A DNA stretch of 11,022 nt from Tubiluchus corallicola (taxonomy: Eukaryota > Animalia > Priapulida), in assembly GCA_030141605.1 (NCBI GenBank), contig JAQGDQ010001113.1:1-11022 (forward strand), read 5' to 3'. Within the stretch, counting starts at the first letter, position 1. Every line of letters begins with the position of its first letter. Below are positions 1 to 7,789 of this stretch, piece by piece. The translations under genes were made by a program, and so were the position numbers. The notes beneath the pieces are model-generated. The model searched no databases. It was not told the origin of the DNA and worked only from the letters and a program-made list of their open reading frames with translations.

Positions 1-31
1 TCATCATCATCATCATCATCATCATCACCAC

Positions 32-88
<57 letters not shown>

Positions 89-116
89 TATTATTATTAT
101 CACCATTATTATTATT
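1..116. repeat. (CAT/TCA)n microsatellite grading into (TTA)n
   Basis: Near-perfect TCA repeats at 1-87 with two CCA variants, then TTA repeats to about 116; truncated by the window edge. Confidence 0.97.
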
Positions 117-1401
117 GTCATTATGATTATTATTTCATTTCGTACCATTACACTTACAGCCATATATTCACATTTAATTGAGTTTATTGGCTCAACAATA
201 AACGTTCACAAATATATTACAATTATTATATAATAGTTATCTACAAAATCACAACATCAATTTTGTTGTATGACATATAATCATACTATGGTGTGCTATG
301 GAATATTATGATGCATCATGTACACAGAATATAACAAGGAATAGTTAGTATAAACACCCAGAAGAAAGTAAAAAACTACTATACATAAAATAAACAATTT
401 ATGAAAAGGACAATGATCGTTCATAAAAATCACAAATCCTTCACAGATATTCTTGCAGACACACATTAAAAGCATTAATAACCAGCTTTTCAACCTTCAT
501 AGAGAAGCCACACTTTTTCTTCTTAAGTGACAATGACTATTCGTTAAATACAGTTGATTCTCGAGTTTTTGAATTTTCTTTAAAAAATTAACTTTCTACG
601 ACCAATTAGTAAGTTTGCAGTCATAGTTTTACAGTAAATCATTAAAAAATTCACTCTGTTATTACGTCTATAATTAAAATTCTTCCTATAGGCTGTGTTT
701 ATTTTTCATTAGGAATTATTTATTATTTACTAGGCACAATAATAAATTTGTACATTTTATACGATGTGTTTCAACAATGCTTAATTTACTTCCACTTAGC
801 TAAACTTAACTATATCTCCTTTATTCCATGTTAAACGGGATTTTGTGCTTGTTAGCTGATGGTTCTGCCATTTCTGCCCCAGTTTTGTTAACGACACAGA
901 AGAATAATTAATGTTAGGAGCAGCAGTCTCCTCTTTAGGCGCCTATATTTGTTATAAGATGTAGTAAGAATAATATTTTTGTATACATCAGGTTTTTTAT
1001 TGAGAAATGAGGAAATATTGTGATTAGACGGGGTCTGTTTACAAATGTTGTCGATAGGCTTCTCGGTCGCCTAATGAAAATGATGATCACATATGAGATA
1101 TAAGCTCGATTAGTTTTCTTTACGATTCTATGGGCCACGTTACGCAGTAAAGAAAACTAAAGGCACTATTAGCCTGGCTAGTGTTCGCCATAGAAACATA
1201 ATGAAATCTGCTATAAGGCTAAGTGCATACACTAATATAGTGACCTGGCAAACAAGTTGCATCCCACTTCTGACACCAGTCCAATGACATCGTCATCAAC
1301 AAGCTAACCATAAGAATCACCTGAACGCGTTATTGTTTTCTTAAATTGTAATAACAAAGGTAGCTGATATAGAAAAATGTATGACGTACGAACAAAAAAA
1401 T

Positions 1402-1605
1402 TAGCAGCAGAAGCAGAGCAACAACAATGACAAAAACAAAGACAACGGCAACGACAACAATAACCACCACCGCAACCAGAGCAATACCTCAACAATATTC
1501 AGCAAATTTACAGCAACACCAATTGCAGCAGCACTACAGCAAAAAAACAACAATGTGAACAACAACAACAGCAACAACAACAGCAACAATAACAACAACA
1601 ATATG

Positions 1606-1640
<35 letters not shown>

Positions 1641-1680
1641 CGATGTGAACAACAACAACAACAACAGCAACAATAACAAT
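1402..1680. repeat. Degenerate (AAC/CAA)n microsatellite, purest at about 1546-1680
   Basis: Long runs of AAC with AGC/AAT interruptions; source of the spurious poly-N, poly-L and poly-C ORFs. Confidence 0.95.
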
Positions 1681-2076
1681 AGGTCAAACACAAATCGCAA
1701 CACTTTTCTTGCTTTAGTTACTTTTTTATTTGTAAAATATTTTTCATGAAGCAAAAGTCTAGAAAGTGTCAGAAAGTAAACAAATCAAAGACGATTAGTA
1801 AAAAATGTTTACACGAGTTTGTCTCTTATTTGCGTTTCTATGCATAGAAATTCTTGTAAATATTGACACATTCCAAGCTAAATTAAATCCCAGTGATGTT
1901 GATCTATGTTCAACAAATGGTTGTTTTCTTTTGTTCCATAGCTGAGCAGATTTAATAACGTTGTTCAGTAATTTCCTTCATTAATCTATTGCACTTACAA
2001 GGTAGTTGATTGTGAATTTGTAAAATTACGATCTGTTTGCTGCAAAGACTCAATAACCAGTTTTAAAATGTCAAAT

Positions 2077-2270
2077 CTGAAATGACAACAGCAGAAAAAA
2101 TGAGCAAATTAATTCTAATCAAAATGTTCGTACTGAAATCAATAATTCGATTATACGAAATTCGATTATCATTTGAAAATATCTCCACTCTTTATTTTAG
2201 CTATTGATTTTAAATTGTATGAATTTGCTTTAAATTTTTGAGCTTATTATTTCTGCTGTTGTCATTTCAG
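2077..2270. mobile_element. 194-bp inverted-repeat element (MITE-like or RNA hairpin)
   Basis: CTGAAATGACAACAGCAGAAA (2077-2097) is the exact reverse complement of TTTCTGCTGTTGTCATTTCAG (2250-2270); the match extends to 29 bp with 2 mismatches (2077-2105 / 2242-2270). AT-rich non-coding interior; no clear target-site duplication. Confidence 0.5.
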
Positions 2271-2337
2271 GTCATACGAGAAGGCGCGGCTACCTCTGGG
2301 AGCTCGAAGGAAACCACTACTCGCTGAAGCCCTGTTG
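2271..2337 (+). other. Candidate short exon (possible shared 5' exon of the cholinergic locus)
   Basis: GC-rich 67-nt island bounded by acceptor-like TTCTGCTGTTGTCATTTCAG|G and donor-like TTG|GTAATG; no transcript evidence. Confidence 0.3.
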
Positions 2338-2654
2338 GTAATGCTTAATGAACTGTAACTTATCCCTACTGCTACTTGAGTAAATTGCAGTCGACAATTC
2401 AGTGAATCGCTGGCGCACGGCACACACATTGAACAGACACTGCTTATTGATAAACAAAGAAAACGTGACGTTACGGGCTAGTGACGGGCAATAACGTGAT
2501 ACTACGGTGGCTGAAAAGGGTCACAAACAACATGCATTTTGGGAAATATCAAACGGTTGTTGAAAGCTGATAAACGACTTGGTACTACGGTGACTCGGAA
2601 GGGCTAAAATTCTGTTTTATGTTCAGTGTCGAACAATTATCAAATCATAAACAG

Positions 2655-3092
2655 CTCAAGAATTGTGAGTACTGTCCCTTCTTATCTGTGCTACAAAACT
2701 CAATAATTGTGAGTACTGTCCCTTCTTATCTGTGCTACAAAACTCAATAATTGTGAGTACTGTCCCTTCTTATCTGTGCTACAAAACTCAAGAATTGTGA
2801 GTACTGTCCCTTCCTATCTGTGCTAACAAACTCAAGAATTGTGAGTACTGTCCCTTTTTATCTGTGCTACAAAATTCAAGAATTGTGAGTACTGTCCCTT
2901 TTTATCTGTGCTACAAAACTCAAGAATTGTGAGTACTGTCCCTTCTTATCTGTGCTACAAAACTCAAGAATTGTGAGTACTGTCCCTTCTTATCTGTGCT
3001 ACAAAACTCAACAGTTGTGAGTACTGTCCCTTCTTATCTGTGCCACAACACTCAAGAATTGTGAGTACTGTCCCTTCTTATCTGTGCAACAA
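2655..3092. repeat. Minisatellite, 10 x 44 bp (CTCAAGAATTGTGAGTACTGTCCCTTCTTATCTGTGCTACAAAA)
   Basis: Units start at 2655, 2699, 2743, 2787, 2831, 2875, 2919, 2963, 3007 and 3051; head-to-tail, no spacers, few substitutions. Confidence 0.97.
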
Positions 3093-3169
3093 GTTTTTCA
3101 ATTGTGGTTGCTTGTTAGCTGCATTAAAGCGAACATTCGATTCTTGTTAAGTTAAGTGAGTGAGTGATC

Positions 3170-3470
3170 TTTCGACTTCGTTGCGCTAATGAAAAGCCGA
3201 TATATCGATTGACAGAGAAAAAACTACCGTCTCCTAACGGACGATCGCCGAAACCACTCCGCGAAGCCATTTAGATATCGATCGGTTTTCCGCTAATGTT
3301 TCCGGATTTGTCGGATAAGCGTTGCCGGATTAGACGGATTCAAATGAATTGATCCGACGAAGCGATTACTGTTAAATGGCAGCGTGGCAGCTGTGGTAAT
3401 CAAAAAGCACTAGACCCCAGCAGAAGCCAATTAAGCTATTAATATACGAACTTACGTCTCGTGGAGAATA
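3170..3470 (+). promoter_or_regulatory. CpG-rich putative promoter/enhancer upstream of VAChT
   Basis: Visible rise in CpG density relative to the flanks; clustered CGGAT motifs at 3302-3357, two TATCGAT cores (about 3203 and 3275) and TAAT/ATTA homeodomain-like cores. Boundaries approximate. Confidence 0.35.
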
Positions 3471-3614
3471 TTAACAACAGAGCGAGGATAGTTTGGATTC
3501 AAATAGACAAATTAATGACAAAGCGTTGAAGAATCAACTTTTCTGAAACTATATTTTTCGACTTTTCAATCTGTTCTTTAAAGATTTCCGTTCTTGTCAA
3601 GATTTGCGTCCACA

Positions 3615-3710
3615 ATGGCCGAAGACCAAGACAGACAGGAACTCGACATGGAGACCATGATGATCATGCTAATGATGATCTTGTTGAATAAACCCACGCA
3701 GCAGGACTAA
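3615..3710 (+). other. Candidate small upstream ORF, 31 aa (MAEDQDRQELDMETMMIMLMMILLNKPTQQD)
   Basis: ATG at 3615 in strong context (ACAATGG), TAA at 3708-3710; no homology recognised. Confidence 0.2.
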
Positions 3711-4469
3711 ACACAAAATCAATCGTCACAAAACTTGAGAAACAGTGAGACAAGTTTGTTCAAGCGCAAGTGAGTGAAATCTTCTACAAAGGACGCTCAT
3801 TAGAACAGGTTGAAGCAGGTTGAAGCCAGGTGAATAGAGTTTGCGGCTTTTGAACAGGTGAAACGAACAAACGATCAAAGCGAGGGCACTACATTTTGCG
3901 CGAGGGGAAAATGTTCAGAAAAACACGAAAGTTCTTCGTGTGAACGACAAAAGATTTCCGCTCTTGATATGGTAATACGGTTGAAAACCGTCGCTATTGT
4001 GCAAAATATTACACGCCTTTATCACTTCGTACCCTTGACAACTATTGATTAAACAAAAAAACGAGCGTTAGAACAATTGATGCAACAGCCAGCGAGTATT
4101 AGAACAATTGATGATCACCCCCCGACATTGGCGAGAAACAGAATCTGATCGTCGATGCGGTTACTGAGCGTGAGGACAAATTACTCCATTGTGCGCGCAA
4201 GAAAAACTCGAGAAAGAAAAACTCTTTCAAGCGTTAAAACAAACTGTCCGTAAGCCAATGAGTTTAACAACAGCAATAAACACTCTCTTCGCCGGCAAAT
4301 AACCACATCTTTTGCGGCCATAATTGAAAAATCTTCTAAAATTTTGCTGCAAATTGAAAGGGGAAAAATTGTCGATAAAAGCAATCGAAGACGAACACGT
4401 GTATGTAGTGCAATAAACAAGCGAGTGAAGTGGCTTCTTTCACTCATTTGAAGCCATTTGTACGAAAAG

Positions 4470-4492
4470 TTTTAATTTAACTCTCTTGCCAG
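4470..4492 (+). promoter_or_regulatory. Putative 3' splice acceptor for the VAChT coding exon
   Basis: TTTTAATTTAAC (branch-like) + TCTCTTGCCAG|, ending 26 nt before the ATG. Confidence 0.5.
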
Positions 4493-4518
4493 ATTAAGTT
4501 AGTAAATAATTAGACAAA

Positions 4519-6138
4519 ATGACGGTGATACCGATAATTAACAAAGACGTGTCCCAACTTGCGAAATCGGCAAACGATCGGATTCGGAATCCGAAAGCGC
4601 AGAGGACGATCGTGCTGGTCATTGTGTGCATTGCCCTCCTGCTGGACAATATGCTCTACATGGTCATCGTGCCAATAATACCGGAGTATCTGAGGAGCAT
4701 TGGAGCCTGGGACATTGTTCCGAGGAAGACCATATGGGTTGAACGCAATGGCACGAATGTCAGCGTTGCGCAAGGTAAAGTGGAGTACGAAAACGAGGAC
4801 GTCTCGGTTGGCGTGCTGTTTGCTTCAAAGGCCCTGGTTCAACTCTTTGTCAGTCCCGGTGCTGGATACATTATAGACAGAATTGGCTACGACATTCCCA
4901 TGATGTGGGGTCTTAGCGTCATGTTCTTGTCCACCGCCATATTTGCATTCGGCGAATCTTACGGCGTCATGTTCTTCGCCCGGAGTCTCCAGGGAATCGG
5001 TTCGGCATTTGCGGACACCGGAGGACTGGCGATGATTGCCGACAGATTCACCGAAGAGTCGGAAAGGACGAAAGCATTGGGCTTTGCGCTGGGTTTCATC
5101 TCTTTCGGCAGTCTCGTTGCGCCCCCTTTCGGCGGAATCCTTTACGAGTTTGCCGGAAAGAAAGTTCCGTTTCTGATCCTGTCGTTGACGGCACTCCTAG
5201 ACGGCGTCTTGTTGCTGATGGTAATGCGACCGGTAAAACAAGCCGAACTGTTGTACGCGTTAGAACACGGTGCACCGGAGAAACCCAAGGGTACTCCAAT
5301 ATGGCGTCTAATCATGGATCCGTACATTGCGATCTGCGCAGGCGCATTAACAATGTCTAATATACCATTGGCTTTCCTAGAACCCACAATTGCATTGTGG
5401 ATGGAAGATACAATGTCTGATGTTAAACAGTGGATGATAGGACTAGTATGGTTGCCCGCTTTTATCCCATATGCCATTAGCATTGTGGTAACCGTGTACC
5501 TAGCCAAGCAATACCCACAGTACCAATACGTAATGGCGCTAGTGGGTCTGGGTTTTGAGGGAGTTTTTTCTTTCATTGTTCCCGCCTGTAGTTCTTTCTG
5601 GGTTTTAATGCTTCCCATTGGCTTAATCTGTTTTGGAGTGGCGCTCATAGATACGGCCCTCCTTCCAACGCTAGGATACCTTGTAGACGTCAGGCACACG
5701 TCCGTATATGGAAGTGTCTACGCTATTGCTGATGTGTCTTACTCCATAGCGTATGCAATAGGTCCCATGATAGCAGGTAAAATTGCAGATGTAGCCGGAT
5801 TTCCGGTGTTAAACGTAGGAATAGGTGTGGCTTGTCTTGCCTACTGTCCCTTCCTTGTGCTATTGCGAACAATTTACGTGTACAAACCATTTGAGAATGA
5901 AACCAATGTCCTACTAGATGATCCACCAACAAAGAACTTCAAGACGTACATGATGAACAACCTAGAAATGCATCCCACAGATTTGGACAATAAGAAAGTT
6001 CACAATCATCTAGACGTTGGTGGACAAAGGAAGATCCCGGTCATGGCGAAGACAAACCCGATTTTCGACATGGCTGACCGAGATGGAGATACTAGAGGAA
6101 TTCTGGATAGTGATGATGAAGACTATGGTTATCAGTAA
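4519..6138 (+). CDS. SLC18A3: Vesicular acetylcholine transporter (SLC18A3/VAChT/UNC-17), MFS fold, about 12 TM, intronless CDS, 539 aa
   Basis: VAChT signature motifs VIVCIALLLDNMLYMVIVPIIP, GVLFASKA, ARSLQGIGSAFADT, FISFGSLVAPPFGGILYEFAGK, DPYIA...NIPLAFLEPTI, WLPAF, CFGVALIDTALLPTL, VDVRHTSVYGSVYAIAD and dileucine ETNVLLDDPP. Start context AAAATG with an in-frame TAA at 4507-4509; N-glycosylation sequons NGT and NVS in lumenal loop 1. Confidence 0.96.
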   Translation: MTVIPIINKDVSQLAKSANDRIRNPKAQRTIVLVIVCIALLLDNMLYMVIVPIIPEYLRSIGAWDIVPRKTIWVERNGTNVSVAQGKVEYENEDVSVGVLFASKALVQLFVSPGAGYIIDRIGYDIPMMWGLSVMFLSTAIFAFGESYGVMFFARSLQGIGSAFADTGGLAMIADRFTEESERTKALGFALGFISFGSLVAPPFGGILYEFAGKKVPFLILSLTALLDGVLLLMVMRPVKQAELLYALEHGAPEKPKGTPIWRLIMDPYIAICAGALTMSNIPLAFLEPTIALWMEDTMSDVKQWMIGLVWLPAFIPYAISIVVTVYLAKQYPQYQYVMALVGLGFEGVFSFIVPACSSFWVLMLPIGLICFGVALIDTALLPTLGYLVDVRHTSVYGSVYAIADVSYSIAYAIGPMIAGKIADVAGFPVLNVGIGVACLAYCPFLVLLRTIYVYKPFENETNVLLDDPPTKNFKTYMMNNLEMHPTDLDNKKVHNHLDVGGQRKIPVMAKTNPIFDMADRDGDTRGILDSDDEDYGYQ

Positions 6139-6220
6139 TGCAAGAAAAGGCTCAGAGATTTGTTCCTTTCCAGTATTTCCGTCCGTTCATGTTAGCCACA
6201 TAACGATTTAAATTACCTAA

Positions 6221-6226
6221 AATAAA
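6221..6226 (+). terminator. Proximal candidate polyadenylation signal AATAAA (alternatives at 6550 and 7384)
   Basis: First canonical hexamer after the stop codon; the DNA is AT-rich, so specificity is low. Confidence 0.3.
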
Positions 6227-7789
6227 TTTTGTTGAATGAAATTTAAACGTAAGTGGTACAAAAGTCCTGATTTTAAGATAAAATGTGACGATTTTTCGTA
6301 TCTTACTCCATTTTGAACTACGGCAAAATGTATACACTTTAAAACCTATAGTAATGCCAAAGCTTTCCGGATAATTAAATAACAAGCTAAAAACTTAACG
6401 AGCCCAACAAGTCATGATGTCACAAACGAACACAATTTTCCACAGCACAAACATTCCATGAACGTGGTGAGCGTGCTAGTGAAAGCGAAGGCTGTACAGT
6501 AGATCTCTACAACATTCAGTGTAATATACAAAAACTAGGCAAACTTTAAAATAAAAATTGCAGTTTTCAAATTTACTGCTGTGCTTACCGTTTGAACGTT
6601 TTCCTCTTATTCATACGTAGTTTTACTTCTGGTATTTCTGCGTCAGAAAATGAGTTTATTGGACATTAATTTGGGTGACTTTAGAGCAAAACAGGACCCA
6701 ATCTTAAACTGTAGGGCAAAACAATCTACTCTTTAAAATATTAAAAGGAAACCTACTACTTTTTCAAAAATGACTTACGTGAAAGAATTAAACCACACAA
6801 ACACAATTTCATGTTCGCGGCACTAATTCGTTGCTGTTACATGCATTTCGCGATTCGCTAGTTAGACGGGCACCAGCGCCTACATTTCGGAAACGCATTT
6901 CACAAAAAAAAAACGGATGCTGCACATCTCAGTTCAGATGTGTTCATTTCTGACACGTTTGACAGCTCATGTGTGAGCACAGTGGTGAATTTGAAATTTG
7001 AATTTTTATCTTAAAACTTGCCTAATTTTAGCACAACATACTGCATATCTTACAGTAACACTGTACTTCAATTTTCACTTTCACAAACACGTGCAACACG
7101 CTCACGGAATATTTTTGCTGTTGAAAATTATGTTAGTTTCTGATGTCATCAACAGTTGGGCTCGCCCGCCATTAATTAAGTTTTTAATCTACTATTTAAT
7201 TGTCAGAAACGCTTTCGCAGTATTAATTATATTAAAATGTATACTTTTTATAGGACTTGAAAATGGGTTAGCATATGAAAAATCGTCCAGTCTTCCTTTA
7301 ACTCAACTGTTGTATTTCAAAACTTCATAAACTGACGTATAAAAGGAGCAGTTCACGTATCGTAGTTTAAACAAAAACAATGTAATAAAATGAGCTTAGA
7401 TGTACATACGTAACCGCAAAAATAGCACATTGAAGGGACAGCAGGCAAGACTGTTTTTATAAAAAAAAATCAAAAAAATGGAAAAAATGATAATGTATTT
7501 TGCCCATGGCTTACGAATAATTTTGAATCAAAGTATCGACTGGACCTTGTTATGCTTAAGCTGAACAGCAAATGTTCTTTCTTTGTTGATGTTTTACGAA
7601 TCGTCTGTGTTTTTCAAATCAACTATTATGTAAACGATAGAAATATTTACTAAGTTACTGTGACATAAGAACATTTTAATTGATACAAAATATGCTAGGA
7701 ATGCAGCCATTTTCACACTAATCGTGTTGGTGTTATGGAATGTTATTAAAGTCTCTCAGCCAAATGTTTTACTTGTGATAACAGTGGAG

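Noticed and set aside
1304-1754. Poly-L, poly-C and poly-N ORFs
   Set aside because: Translations of the AAC microsatellite.
2292-2301. COE/UNC-3 (EBF) cholinergic motif ACCTCTGGGA
   Set aside because: Two mismatches to TCCCNNGGGA; I saw no convincing COE site in the non-coding DNA.
2655-3092. CRISPR-like array
   Set aside because: Units are contiguous with no unique spacers, there are no cas genes, and the context is eukaryotic; it is a minisatellite. The same applies to 7790-8307.
4510-5932. Antisense ORFs overlapping VAChT, including 185 aa at 5142-5699
   Set aside because: Shadow ORFs expected opposite a real CDS; no recognisable motifs.
4519-6138. Calling the CDS a VMAT or a bacterial MFS pump
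   Set aside because: NMLYMVIVP, SAFADT, WLPAF and IDTALLPTL are VAChT-type motifs; the intronless state is normal for VAChT.
6866-6880. REST/NRSE-like GCACCAGCGCC
   Set aside because: The half-sites overlap and lack the GGAC core and spacing.
1766-6956. GTGTCAGAAA (1766-1775) complementary to TTTCTGACAC (6947-6956)
   Set aside because: An isolated 10-mer, expected by chance at this scale and not nested with the main stem.
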